Assembly (NCBI GenBank): GCA_964016885.1
Contig: OZ024745.1
Location: 105,834,001 to 105,898,000 of the forward strand
Source of the DNA: Eledone cirrhosa
Lineage: Eukaryota
Direction of reading: 5' to 3'
DNA length: 64,000 nt
The notes under the pieces were generated by a model. It worked only from the letters and a program-made list of their open reading frames with translations. It made no database searches and was not told the origin of the DNA. Positions 1 through 14,974 of this stretch are shown piece after piece. Position 1 is the first letter of the stretch; each line of letters begins with the position of its first letter. The translations under genes were made by a program, and so were the position numbers.

Positions 1-674
1 GTGTCATGTTGGTCATTTTCACGCCACAAACACGTTGTTCATTTTGTTGTTAGATGTCAATACTTGAACTCTTTCCAAAGTAGGTTGTCTAAATATTGGC
101 AAGGTTTCTCTCATTGTTGTAGATACTTAGTGGTGTGATTGCCTGTGAGTTTTTTTAAGGCTGACAAATTATATAGCATTTACTGATTGTTGTTGCTTAC
201 ACTACTGGTTACATTTGACAACTTCACTATTACCAGCCTCTCCATTTAATTGTATTCAATCATATGCTTGGTGATGGTCCAAAACTTAAATACAACTTAA
301 TATGCTCCATTGTATTTTTTCATTGTTATTTAATCAAGTTACTGAAAGGTATTTTAGTAATCCATGAACATGTTGGGGCAGTTAAAACCATCGCCTATAG
401 CTAGATATTTAGATATTTAGATATTAAAATAGTTGTATATATATGTATATATGAGGTATATATGTAAGTATGTATGTATATATGTATATATGATTAGATA
501 ACAGTGAAAAAGGACACTGGAGCATGTAAGTGTTATTCAAGTTTTGACCTAACACGAAGCACATATTTGAATACAATTGGTTGCACAACTAATTTCAAAC
601 ACGTGTAAGAGAATAAATATGTATATTTTTTAAAATGATATAAGATATAAGTTGATTTTGCCCTGAATATACTT

Positions 675-739
<65 letters not shown>

Positions 740-2089
740 AAGTGTGTGTGTGTAACATACGGGTTTATAGTTTTACACCGCAAAGACTGCACTTAATTTA
801 GCTATGTAGAAATCCTGTATGCTTTTAGTTGTTATAGTATTTTAACTATTATTAGTTGTCCCAATAAAACAGAAAGACCATTACTGCAAGCCATTTTGGA
901 TCTTATAGAAAGATGGGTGGGCGTAACATAGTGACTTTATTAGTAAAATTCCTATTAAAGTCGAATCCATACCTATTGGTAATGAGGTGAATGCTGTGCA
1001 GCAAGCCTAGGTGTAAAATAAATCAATGTCGGCGAGAAAGCAAAATGCCTCATGTGTGTTGTAGAAAATACGTAAAAAATCTGGACTGTAGAAGATATAA
1101 AACCCTGATAGAATTTAATTTAGCAGAGCATTGGCAAATATTACAGTTAGAAAAATAGACTTCCTGGAAGTAATTATTGTCTTCATTGGCAAAAATATAC
1201 AATAACCTTTGTAAAATGAGATAAAGCTTTACACCTTAATGTGGGAAATCGTGCTGCCGCTTCGGACAGGACCATACCCGGTAGAAATGATTTTTATTCG
1301 AAACCTTATAACTAGAACATGAGGACTCATCTTTTTCACTTTAAACATCGTATCAAGAAATATTGGTCTTGGTAATATAAACAGAATTCATACCAACCTT
1401 TACTAAGTGTCAATAGTTGTAGAGTATATAGCAATAACGTTTAAAAGAGGATATTGTGAAAGATGGATGCGTTGTCACATGACAAGACATTTCTAAGTGC
1501 ATTAAAATAGAAGAAATGGGGAGTGGATAGAATATGAAAAATGTACTTACTCACTACGTAAGAGGCAATGGATAAAAACTGACATGAGAAAGACCCATAA
1601 AGAAGTTGCACTGGGTGAATTATAAGAGTTCGCTGCTCCATAATATGAAAATATATAGGATATAATGTTTATACCTCAAGCGTACAGCTTACAGCTTTCT
1701 TACATTGAGATTGAAACCTGCTAGAAGATGCCTTTTACAGAGGTCGAATTCAATCTCATTAAACAAAACAGAGGGTTGATGGTAGAATTTTCTCTAAAAT
1801 TCTATTTCACACGTTCTTAACATTAAGCTAAGGCTACTATGAAGCATATTAGAATTTATAGATTATTAGATTATAGTGAGTATCCTTGTTTTCATCGCTT
1901 GTTTAGTAAATCTATTATGAATTAAATCATTCCTTTGGAGGACACATTGATTTGTAACATGAATTAACACAGCAATACAAATTATCAGTGAGTATAAATT
2001 GGTTGTATGAATTACCTGTCTTCGGATATTTTATAAAAGGACAATTAATATAGAGTAAATTCTTCTTATAAGAAATTCAGACAGGTTTA

Positions 2090-2360
2090 TTATAAAGCTC
2101 GATTCTAGTTAACACATTGTATCTTTGAACAAGGCACTATACTTCACATTGTCCACTGAGCTAATAATATGTGATTGATACCTGTAGTTCAAGTGGGATA
2201 ACTTGTCACTTAATGCGTCACATTGAATCTCCCTCAAAACTATATGAAGGATACACGTGACTGAATGTTAAATCACTTCTACGACAGTTGCACTTGTACG
2301 CTGTTCTGTTGATCGAATCAACTAGAACACACATCACTGGAAGAGATGGTGGTATAACAA
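2090..2360 (+). mobile_element. Diverged SINE-like interspersed repeat
   Basis: Contains 'gtatctttgaacaaggcactatacttcacattgtccactgagct', resembling the central domain of CORE-type SINEs. Boundaries approximate. Confidence 0.35.
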
Positions 2361-2374
2361 ATAAACACCCCCCC

Positions 2375-2426
<52 letters not shown>

Positions 2427-2801
2427 TAATGACACCAATAATATTGTCATACATAATTTGTTTTAAAACATTTGCAAAGATGAAAACAATATTTTTTAGG
2501 TATACACACAAACACACAGGTAGAATATACAGAATACACATTCACACACAAACGCATTTATTTTTCTATAGTTCAGTAAATTCCTGATTAATCTAAATAA
2601 TGTCTACTTATTTTAATTACTCGATTTGCTAGCTATTCATAGATAATATATTTTTTGTTTGAAGTGGAAAAAATGCTTATGTACTTAGTATTGAGTTTTG
2701 CCAATAGAATGCTTCCAATCAATTCAATAAATCTACCATTTAATTAATGTATATATATATATATACACATAAAGTTTTTGTGTGTGTGAGTCTCTCTCTA
2801 T

Positions 2802-2926
<125 letters not shown>

Positions 2927-3779
2927 GGGGTGGACAAACATTAGTTTGCACGAGAGAAAGAAAGAATGAATCTATATGACCATTACCTTTTCGACTCTTT
3001 TGCCGTCTATCACGAATAGAACTGTGGGGTTTCGTACTATTAAATGCGGGATCGCTTGTCTAAACGTATACGTCAGTAGATAGAAAAATCTATATTCATT
3101 GAGAAAATAATAATACAGAACAACACATTAAGTTTACGGGAAATAAAGAAGGATAGTGACAGATAACACTGGGGAACAGAATAGGCTTTTGAACACCATG
3201 AAGTTCTATTGACCAGAATAATAGACATTAGAAATAATAGACGTAACACCGAGAAAAACCGCAAGGAAACAGATACAAGTGTACAAAAGGTTGCCGCTGA
3301 GACAAAAGAGTTTTGAAGATTTTTGATTAAAAACAATAAAAAGGCAAGGTGAATAGAAAATTGGCTGTTCTGTGAGATGGTGAAACGAGAATTATGGCAT
3401 GGTAACTATCACCATGTGGAGGCGAGAATGAAAGTAGAAATATACGGAGAGAAATATATATATACTAGCTGGCCCGTCCGGCTGGCGCAAGGCTAGGTAT
3501 ACCGGCATTTTATCTCTTCAAGAGTCCCCCTACACTCTAGTGCAAAGATACCGCATGCCCTCTCAAGTCAGCGAGGGGGTGGGGTGGTGGGGGTAAACGT
3601 GCTCTGATGTTGGGTTTGCATAGTTTCTAGGATTCCCCAGTTCAGCAGCCAGTACGTTAAAGAAAATTGATAGTTACAACAATAAAGGCTGAACAGAGAG
3701 CACATTTTTTAAGATACAATAATTTGTACAACCATAATGGAAATTCCAAGTAACAGAAAATGTTTTAAATGCATTGTTA

Positions 3780-4345
3780 AAGCCTCAGAGAATACAATAC
3801 TTTTTGTTCGGCCCTCCGGAGCAAAGATGAAGAGATTGTTTGGCGAGCTCACCCTAGAGCATCCTACATACAATTGACCATGGGAGAAGCACTGATCTCG
3901 TAGCTCGTCTCACGGAGAAGCTCTGTAGATGTTGATCTCTGGACACTTCTATCAGGAGCAGGTAGGCTGTAGTGACTTAGAGTCCTACCACCAATCTCCA
4001 GGACACTGTTTTCAAGACACATGAGCGCCTCACTGAAAACGACATCGTATGTTACGTTCGGATTGTGTCTGCGTGTGCGGTGGAGGATGTCCTCAGCTAG
4101 ACTTTCACGGTGGTTGTTCCACATTGCGAGAGGGTCGGCGAGATCGCAGTTGTGCAGCATAATAGCAAAAAATTTTCGCAGCTGAGAAGGGACTTTAGCA
4201 GTTGCTGCTTCTTGCAGGGAGAGGGGCCAATGGTTGTCATCGTGTAACATACCACGCATCTGGCAAGCCAAACGGTAAGTGAAACATTGATGGTTCTCAG
4301 ATCTTGGAAAGACTGTGGTCCTCTAACCTCGAAAAGTAACAATGA
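3780..4345 (-). pseudogene. Helitron Rep/Helicase fragments (frameshifted, deleted)
   Basis: LLFEVRGPQSFQDLRTIN..ACQMRGMLHDDNHW..LQEA..SQLRKFFAIML..DPLAMW matches the RepHel region upstream of the PIF1-like helicase. 3780-3860 reads CSRVSSPNNLFIFAPEGRTKSIVFSEAL, typical of the RepHel C-terminus. Confidence 0.85.
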
Positions 4346-4575
4346 CGATAAGCCGTCTGTGCTTTCGTGAAATAAATAGGTTTTTGTTTTTGTGTATGCA
4401 AAAATATCTGTACACGAATATATATATATTAAAATAACAGATTAAAGTTTAAGCAAAGAATCGCTGCTTTCACCCTTAACGGGATCTTCTGACACTTAAA
4501 AAGTCACTCTGTGAACGCAGAAGTAAATATTTTGAAAAACGTTATCTAATGCAGACAGCCAGACATACAGACTAA
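4345..4575 (-). mobile_element. HHR-bearing non-coding repeat, family C, nested in the Helitron
   Basis: Shares sequence with 5140-5375, 31990-32030 and 46460-46805. The minus strand has CAGAAGA-tcccgttaagggt-GAAA-gca..tgc-TT-aaact. Confidence 0.65.
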
Positions 4576-4828
4576 GAGAAAAGAGGGGAATGTTGTGCGA
4601 CGTCATAAGAAAAAGTGAGGAATGACGTATAACCAGAAGTGTTGACATTTGAAATTTTAAAGAAGTGTATTTTTAAATAATGTCTTTAATCTTTTAACAA
4701 AATTCAGTAGACAAAAATACGCTCACTTTTTACTTGGAAAAAGTTACATCTATGGTGCAAATTTTGTGCTGTTTGGTCCAGCTGATTGGTGGAAAGTTTG
4801 TTACATACATATGGCCGTCAGCTTTATA

Positions 4829-4887
<59 letters not shown>

Positions 4888-5140
4888 AAAATGAAGAGGA
4901 ACTGGTAAGGAGGAAAAAATAGACAGGGGAGGGAATGGTGTAACAAAGAAAAAATAAGTTTAAAATCGGCAGCAAATTAGAAATTGAACCAATTTTGTTT
5001 GTATAGTGGAAACGAGTTATATATACATTCATACATACATACATACACATATATATATGCATACATACACATACATACATATACATACATGCATACACAC
5101 ACACACAAACACACACATATAAATATATATATATATATAT

Positions 5141-5372
5141 TTATTTATTAAAATAACATTAAAGTTTAAGCAAAGAATCGCTGCTTTCACCCTTAACGGG
5201 ATCTTCTGAAACTCAGTTTCAGAAGATCCTGTTAAGGGTGAAAGCAGCGATTCTTTGCTTAAACTTTAATCTGTTATTTTAATAAATATTTGCTCTACGG
5301 TTCTTATATATTTGATATATATTTATCCTTATCGAGCCCTCTTTGGATTTTAGTCTTCAAATTTATTATTAT

Positions 5373-5375
<3 letters not shown>
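5141..5375. mobile_element. Family C fold-back element between (TA)n tracts
   Basis: Near-perfect palindrome at 5141-5288 centred on ~5214, followed by a tail shared with 46460-46510. Confidence 0.8.
5215..5265 (+). ncRNA. Type I hammerhead-like motif with A4 core (mirror copy at 5163-5213, minus strand)
   Basis: agttt [CAGAAGA] t-cct-gttaa-ggg-t [GAAA] gca..tgc [TT] aaact. Stems I, II and III pair; the core differs from CUGANGA at position 4. Confidence 0.6.
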
Positions 5376-5429
<54 letters not shown>

Positions 5430-5434
<5 letters not shown>

Positions 5435-6800
5435 TTAATTAAGGATAAATTGTGAGTCTTGTTATTTTGGAGTTTCGCTTGTTATCCCATCATCGCCAGA
5501 AAAGAACTACCCTTCAATAGCAGACACAATGTAAATAAGGGAAGACTTAGGGCTAGGGGGAATTAAGACCATGGGGACAGGGTGGTATTGGCATTGGGGT
5601 GAGGAATAGAGCAGTGTGAAGAAAAATTAAATATGATGACGATTATGGGAATATAAGATCTATAGAATTATCTGGTTATGAAGTATTGAGCTGTAATATC
5701 TAAGGGTGGTGGAATGTTTTATTATGGTGATGGTGGAAGCTATGACAGGTGAGTGAGTAAGTGATGGCAGGATGGTATTGGTGTTAAGTAAATATGTGAA
5801 ATTTATAAGATATATGAGCTATAAATCTAACTTATGGCGATATAAAGGAATTAATTACAATGAGGATTATGTAGATATAAATATATGTGATGATGTTAGT
5901 GAGTAAGTAGTGACTGTGTTGTGTGGATGTCAAACAAATATAAGATATAAGATATGAGGAATTAAAAAGCTGAAAAAATTAAAAATGGAAAAGTGAAAAA
6001 GGACAAAAATGAAAATATGAAAAGTTGGAAAGATAACAAAAGAAACAAATAAGAAATTAAAAATTTAAAAATTTAAAAATTTAAAAATTTAAAAATTTAA
6101 AAATTAAAAAATTAAAAAATTAAAAAATTTAAAAATTTAAAAATTTAAAAATTTAAAAATTTAAAAAAATTATAATAACAATATAAGCATAATATGAAGT
6201 AAGTTAAATATAAGGATTAGCAGAATATAAAGATGGTGGAGATAATGGAATATGGGATTATAAAATATAATATATGACATATAACACGTAAGCATGGTGA
6301 AATATATGAAAATAGATTGATTTGATGCTGGGTTACCCATAGTTACTGAGGTTTTGGCAGTGCTTGGCGAAATATAGAGTTTAGACGATGTGGAGGTAGT
6401 GTTGGTAGTGGTGAAGTCTTCCGACATTTGCACAATCTGGTATTCATCATTATGTGGTAGGTTATCCGAAGGACAGTGGGTTATCCGGTGTATTGTCCAT
6501 TCAGTAGATATATTTGAAATGATACAAGCTGAAATTGTTGGTGTGTAAATAGGTATTATCTCCCTAGAATTCGAGATGTTGTTTGATGAGGCTAAGATAT
6601 TTAGTTTTTTAGTATTACATAGGTGACATCTCGTACCTCATCCATTATATTCGCCTGTTCCATAATACTCCATCTGATGTTTATCATCCAGCTGTTTTCA
6701 ATTGGAAACTATATTCTGGCAGAGATGTTGAATATATTGTATTATGTGGCAGCCTTTCCTTTTTTTCTTTAGATAACATCATCTCTTCTATATATATATC
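5430..6800 (-). mobile_element. Degenerate Penelope-like element 3' fragment
   Basis: Minus strand ~6520-6700 encodes ..INIRWSIMEQA..GTRCHLCNTKKLNI.., like the C-terminal CxxC tail of PLE GIY-YIG seen at 15300 and 54430. A long AT-rich 3' region ends at a (TA)n tract. Confidence 0.55.
6056..6170. repeat. (AAAAATTT)n-type 8-mer tandem repeat
   Basis: Directly visible. Confidence 0.9.
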
Positions 6801-6954
6801 TATAAAAACATAGAATAACATTGACAACAAGCGTAAATTAAAGATGTCATATCTGAGAATATCAAAAACATGCGCCATATCACCTGTAGAATAAGGTCAA
6901 AGTTTCTAAGGAATAAATCCGAGCATTGAATTAAAAGTCGATTGACATATATAT

Positions 6955-7024
<70 letters not shown>

Positions 7025-7154
7025 ATAAACATATACAAAGTTCTCGTTAAATTTTTGATATGTTACCTATTTGTGATTACACTCTTTACAAATTATCCCC
7101 TGTTTGATATGTTTATTTCATATATATGTGTCAATCGACTTTTGATTTAATTTT

Positions 7155-7195
<41 letters not shown>

Positions 7196-7203
<8 letters not shown>

Positions 7204-7333
7204 GTTGAGAAGGTAACACACCAGAGAGAGATATATAGTGCGTTATCAATAATACAGGGAAAAAACCACCAGTGTATTATTGATAACGCACTATATATCT
7301 CTCTCTGGTGTGTTACCTTCTCAACATATTATA
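7196..7333. repeat. Fold-back (about 60-bp arms, ~16-nt loop) in a small element between (TA)n tracts
   Basis: 'tatgttgagaaggtaacacaccagagagagatatatagtgcgttatcaataataca' is followed by its reverse complement at 7273-7329. Confidence 0.9.
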
Positions 7334-7414
7334 TTTTAAAGGGCTCAGGATCTCTTCCCCTTTGAGCACATTATTTACAGGGAATAACGACGGCCTATGC
7401 CTCCGTTAATTTAT

Positions 7415-7456
<42 letters not shown>

Positions 7457-7475
7457 GAAACGGCATTTCTTTTAA

Positions 7476-7694
7476 CCCCTTATCATTTAAACCGGCCATA
7501 TCCGGCCAGAATTCTCCAACCTTTTTCTCTTCAAACCAGATATAACTGGCCAGTGATATTGATGTTACGGTATTGTTCTCAAAATAAATAACATCAACTT
7601 CTTGTAGATTCGATATTATGTGAGATAATTGTGTGGTAAAGCCTTTATCACAAAACTACAATAGTAAATATAGAGTAATGTAAAATCTAAAGGG
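7476..7694. mobile_element. piggyBac-type MITE
   Basis: Flanked by TTAA at both ends (7472-7475, 7695-7698). Termini CCC(C)TT.. and ..AAAGGG form imperfect TIRs. Confidence 0.6.
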
Positions 7695-8307
7695 TTAAAG
7701 CTGTTGTACATTTATAAACGTATATTTCGTGTTGGGTGCCTGTCGTGCGTGTAGAAAATTTAAGTTCCTAGTCCATCGTCAATATTTCTAGAACTTCACA
7801 ATTGCATCTTCAGTAACAGTGTTTTACTGTGACTTTATGGAAGGTAGGATTTTAACTGCTAGTTTTATACGTTGCCAGACACGTGTTTATTTTTGTTTGT
7901 GAATTGCATATTTTGTCTGTATATTTAATTACCATTGTGTTGTGTTATAAGAATTGCTTCCATCATGAATATATTTATACGAAGAATTCAGTAGAGTATT
8001 GATGAAATGTCTATTAATGGTTCCCTGTTTCGATTTTCGTTGGGTTTCAGTATAAAGCATCATAGCCGGTACTTGTGGGATTTACATGATTGGCCGGCTG
8101 GTAAGTAAGTATTGCCAATATGAAAATAGGAGTGGGGAAATTTACAAATGTTTGCGATTCTAATCGTATTTATAAATTACTTTCCTCCTTTAGTTCAGTT
8201 TTCTTCAGGTTTCAATAAAACGTAAACACACACACATACACACACTCACACACACGTATATATATATATAGATATATAGATATACATTTATTATTATTTT
8301 TGTTATG

Positions 8308-8358
8308 ACAGGCTGAATGAGTTGGGGTCCCAGAACTCAACAAAACTTAAGTAACTGT
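8308..8358 (+). ncRNA. Degenerate hammerhead motif, family B (related relic at 11630-11682)
   Basis: acagg CTGAATGA gttggg..ctcaac AAAA cttaag TA actgt. The core has an extra base and G12 is changed to A; stem III is palindromic. Confidence 0.45.
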
Positions 8359-8373
8359 TTATGTCACTGTTGT

Positions 8374-10420
<2,047 letters not shown>

Positions 10421-10709
10421 AAATGAGAGAGGAAGAGAAAAAGAGTTTATATAAACATTACAATATAATTGTATATTTGTGTATATTAATTTACAAGCAA
10501 CAGTTTCACAGATAAGAAGTGGTTCTCCCATATCTTGCCTACCAGGAAAAACGTGCAAATAGTTGATTACATTGATCTTGCTTGCATTCCACTTCGATAC
10601 TGAAGCATTAGATAGAATAACTCTGGCTTAATGAATAATATTAAAATAAGTAAACACAAATAATTTTTATATACTACATATATAAATGTGTGTGTGTGTG
10701 TGTGGGGGG

Positions 10710-10792
<83 letters not shown>

Positions 10793-11050
10793 AATATTCA
10801 CCAAGGACCGAATAGCACCATTTTGCACTAGATTAAGCAACAGTACAAACATATTTAAAAATTGAAATATGTTTTTTGATTAGCTGTCCCCATCTCCGCC
10901 TGTTTAAGACAGTCTTGTCTGATTCGATAATTAAATGACCATACATATATATGTATATATGTATATATGTATATATGTATATGGGTGGAATCCCAATATA
11001 GTTTAAAAGGGTACTCAATACGTTAGTAAGTATATATATATATATATATA

Positions 11051-11113
11051 TTACTCTTTTATGCTTTCACCTGTTCCAGCCATCCGGCTGAGGCCATGCT
11101 TGGGCACCGCCCT

Positions 11114-11115
<2 letters not shown>
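11051..11115 (-). mobile_element. SINE 3'-terminal fragment (second copy at 24820-24890)
   Basis: 'ttactctttta..ttt(t/c)acctgtt(t/c)cagc..ccggctgaggccatgct(t/g)gggcaccgc' occurs at both sites and resembles the 3' end of abundant octopus SINEs (from recall). Confidence 0.55.
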
Positions 11116-11184
<69 letters not shown>

Positions 11185-11185
<1 letters not shown>

Positions 11186-11443
11186 GTAAAAGTTCTATTT
11201 AAATTGTTGGGATACAACAAGCAAATATTTTTATAACTGATATAAAGCACTCAACAAATATTTGGAGTAAAAATACAATATTAACAAATGGAAACTATAT
11301 TTATAAAACCATATTTATTTATAAAACTGATCTATATTATATTTTATCTGATGAGAGCACACCATAATTTAACTTGGTGTCCTTGAAATATGTATAATGA
11401 AATAAATATGGTTTTATAAATGTAGTTTCCATTTGTTAATATC

Positions 11444-11445
<2 letters not shown>
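11185..11445. mobile_element. Family A HHR element (PLE pLTR-like, with inversion) between (TA)n tracts
   Basis: Shares sequence with 11750-12110 and 50405-50866. Inverted repeat between 11278-11320 and ~11400-11445. Confidence 0.75.
11340..11404 (+). ncRNA. Type I minimal hammerhead ribozyme (family A)
   Basis: tattttat CTGATGA gagcacacca..tggtgtcctt GAAA tatgta TA atgaaata. Confidence 0.75.
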
Positions 11446-11504
<59 letters not shown>

Positions 11505-11679
11505 TATATATATATTATATATATATATATATATAAATATATATATATATACACTGTAGTAAATGTTAGGTGGAAATATCCAAGAGTATGAACACTCAGT
11601 CCATAGGACGAGTTTAGTATAAATACAGAAACAGGTACTGAATCCAATAAAACTTGAATACCTGTTTATATCACTGTTG

Positions 11680-11748
<69 letters not shown>

Positions 11749-11750
<2 letters not shown>

Positions 11751-12106
11751 GATATTAAACAAATGGAAACTATATTTATAAAACCATATTTATTTCATTA
11801 TACATATTTCAGGGATACCATATTAAAAATATGGCATGCCTTCGTCAGATAAAATACAATATATAAACAGTTTTATAAATAATTTTGACGTATTAAACTG
11901 TTTATATATTGTATTTTATCTGACGAAGGCATGCCATATTTTTAATATGGTATCCCTGAAATATATATAATGAAATAAATATGGTTTTATAAATATAGTT
12001 TCCATTTGTTTAATATCGTATATCTACTCCAAAAACTTGTCGAGTGCTTTATATCGGTTATAAAAATATTTACTTGTTGTAACCCAACAATTTTAAATAA
12101 AACTTT

Positions 12107-12110
<4 letters not shown>
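11749..12110. mobile_element. Family A fold-back element (arms ~11749-11873 / ~11896-12019) plus tail
   Basis: Near-perfect ~125-bp inverted arms, flanked by (TA)n on both sides. Confidence 0.85.
11912..11977 (+). ncRNA. Type I minimal hammerhead ribozyme (mirror copy at 11791-11856, minus strand)
   Basis: tattttat CTGACGA aggcatgccatatt-ttt-aatatggtatccct GAAA tatata TA atgaaata. 8-bp stem I, ~13-bp stem II, palindromic stem III. Confidence 0.85.
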
Positions 12111-12179
<69 letters not shown>

Positions 12180-12687
12180 AGAGTCAGGACCAGACGGCTG
12201 ACCTCCAGACGGCTGACCTCTGGCCGTTACGACAGCTATATATATGCGTGGGTGCCTGTTTATGTATGTGTGTATGTATAATAAGGAAATATTTTTCTTT
12301 TCTCTTCTCCTTGCTGATGATGATTACGAAGCAGTGTGTGTGTGTTAGCGTGTGTGTGTGTGTGTGTGTGCGCACTCTCGTGCTCACACGTAAAATGCTG
12401 ATGTTTTGAATCGGGGCAGGAGTACTGGCTGCTCTTAGGATTGGAGTATGAGCTGTTGGGTGTGTAAAATTATCCTGTATGAAATATTCAAATCAGTATT
12501 TGGTTATTTGACAGGTTTGCCAATAAAATATAAAATATGTAATCTAAGCAGGTGATGGTGTTAAGTACCTGTGGTAGTAGTGTAAAAGAGACATAGCTGG
12601 AACGTTTTGCATTTCAGAGATACTAACATAAAACACCATTATGATGAATATTGCAAATCTATAATAGTATCGAAATACAAATGCTAT

Positions 12688-12794
12688 GAAGACGACGGCG
12701 GCGATGTCGACGACGACGATAGTGACGATGTAAATGACGAGGATGACGACAGCTATGTTTAAGACGATTACCCAAACGATGATGAGGATGATGC

Positions 12795-12825
<31 letters not shown>
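12688..12825. repeat. (GAC/GAT)n trinucleotide repeat
   Basis: Directly visible. Confidence 0.85.
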
Positions 12826-13959
12826 ACCATTGCCTTTGTATATTTTCTGTGATTTCGAATATTCATTTCAGCCTCAATAATAGATGAAGCGATTCTCTTT
12901 ATCAAAAAATAATGAACTACAAGTAAAAACTGTTTCTAAGAATTGCATATTCATGAGGACATAGGTTTCCATGAACAATTATTATACAGCAAATTCTTCT
13001 TGCTAACCGAAATTTCCATAACTCAATGAAGTATACGGTTACTTCATACCAGAAGCATGAAATAGAAATGATACTATCGCGATCACATAACAGGAAGAAA
13101 TAATAATAGGCATTACTTAATATACAAAAATGGAGCGTTTGTCTCTCCAAGAAGTTATCACTACGACGACATTTAAAATGGTTAGGCTTATGTAATATTT
13201 AATATTTCAAGAATTTTAATATCTAACTAAATATAAGTTACATGTACCTCAAAGAAAATTATCGATCGCTTCCTAAGATTTGTATCCTTCAGTAAAGAAT
13301 GGAATATTTATTTGTATGTCTCAAAGCATATATATTTGAAAAAAATTCTTTATTAATTTTTAAAAAATATTCTTTATTAATTAAATAACGAATATCTGTT
13401 CAAACCGTAACTATTTTAAGATTGTTCTTATTAGCGGGTGTCACAGCATTACGTTGATTAGTGATGACAATTTCCCTGCATATGATGATAGCTTATTACA
13501 AATAACTTCCACAAAGATCTGTTTCTCATTCACAGTATGAAAGGGCTATGATGGCTTGTAGAATTAGTTTTAAAGTCCTCTAGCAGTTAGAAATGCACAA
13601 CTTGAAATAAGTTCCTGGCCAACAGTATAAAATAAAATGCATAAAAAATGATGAGCTCATGCGTAAAGATGCCATAAAATAGCTTGTAAAATAGAGTGAA
13701 AATCCTTAAAAGACGGAAAACGAAGTTACCATCGGTCGTTATCAGGACTTCAAACACACATCTAGATACCAGCGAGGCGCTTTAAACAATTAAACTAAGA
13801 GACATAGAGAACCCTCTACCTTTTCTGTAAAGCATTTCCGAAATGGGTGAAGGAAGGAGTGGGGAGAAAATATGGTCAGGTTAGTTGCGATTAGTTTAGC
13901 TCTGTGCATTCTAAAATGGTCAGAAAACTTCGATATACGATAAACATAACATGCACACA

Positions 13960-14560
13960 ACATTCTCCCCTTCTCTATATCTACCATACGATGCTCTCTC
14001 AATCCATCTCATTCTAGCCATCATCTGTCAGCCCTCTTCTTCTCTATATCTAATATAAAACACTCTCTTCCAATCTCCCTCTCTCAATCTATTACCACCA
14101 AACTCTCCCCCTCTCTATATCTATATCTATTTCTCCCAATCCCCCTCTCTATATCAATCACCACCACACTCTCCTCCTCTCTATATCTACTACATGATGC
14201 TTTCTTATTCTTCTTCTCCCTATGTTAATTACCACTACACTCTCCAACTCTCTTTATTTAACATACAAAGCACTCTCTGAATTTCCTTCTCTATATACAT
14301 TACCCAAAACACTCCCCCTCTCTATATTTACCTAACAACACTCTCTTTCAATACCCCTCTCTCTATATCTACTATACGTACTCTCTTCCAATTCTAACCC
14401 CCTCTCTACATCAATTAACAATAAACTTTCCCCCTCTTTTTATTCACCATGATACTGTCTCTCTCAATTCCCCTCTCTATACCAATAACCACTACATTCT
14501 TCCACTTTCTATATCTACCATACAACAATCTCTCTCATTCCCCCTCTCTCTATCAATTAC
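13960..14560. repeat. Degenerate pyrimidine-rich minisatellite
   Basis: Recurring 'ctccccctctctatatcta/caat..accac(t)acact' motif about every 30-40 bp. Confidence 0.75.
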
Positions 14561-14923
14561 TCTCATGTTTTTAATGACCCCCCCTCCCCTGCTTATTAAT
14601 TTTTCACATTATTTCTCGCCCACGCACCGGTTTTATTCCTCTCCAGCTTCCTAACTCACCCCCACTTATTAAATTTTGCTAATCTGTCTCCGGTGAAATT
14701 TTATTGTAAGTGATTAATATCGATACAACAGCTGGAGAATGTAATAATAATTTTATTTGACATTAAAAAAACCCCCATTATATATGAGTAAAAAGAACAT
14801 TACGAGAAATCCCATATTTACGAACGTACGCTATACAATTAACCCCCGCAACCGCTTATAAGAATTTAAGCAAGTCCACCTGAACACCCCGCTTATTTAT
14901 CAACTATCATTTGAGACCCGTGC

Positions 14924-14971
<48 letters not shown>

Positions 14972-14974
<3 letters not shown>

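Larger units (their letters stand above)
3465..4835 (-). mobile_element. Internally deleted Helitron relic
   Basis: On the minus strand the 3' end is a GC-rich subterminal hairpin-like stretch followed by CTAG|T (CTAG at 3465-3468). RepHel-like peptides lie inside, and a Helitron-like 5' end 'tatactataaagctga..' sits near 4830. Confidence 0.75.

Noticed and set aside
5452-5502. Minus-strand HHR-like string (GCGATGA..GAAAcTC) at the end of a PLE relic
   Set aside because: Core and stems are too degenerate to call, although the position fits.
14570-14925. Possible DNA-transposon end next to (TA)n
   Set aside because: No partner TIR found, so it cannot be classified.
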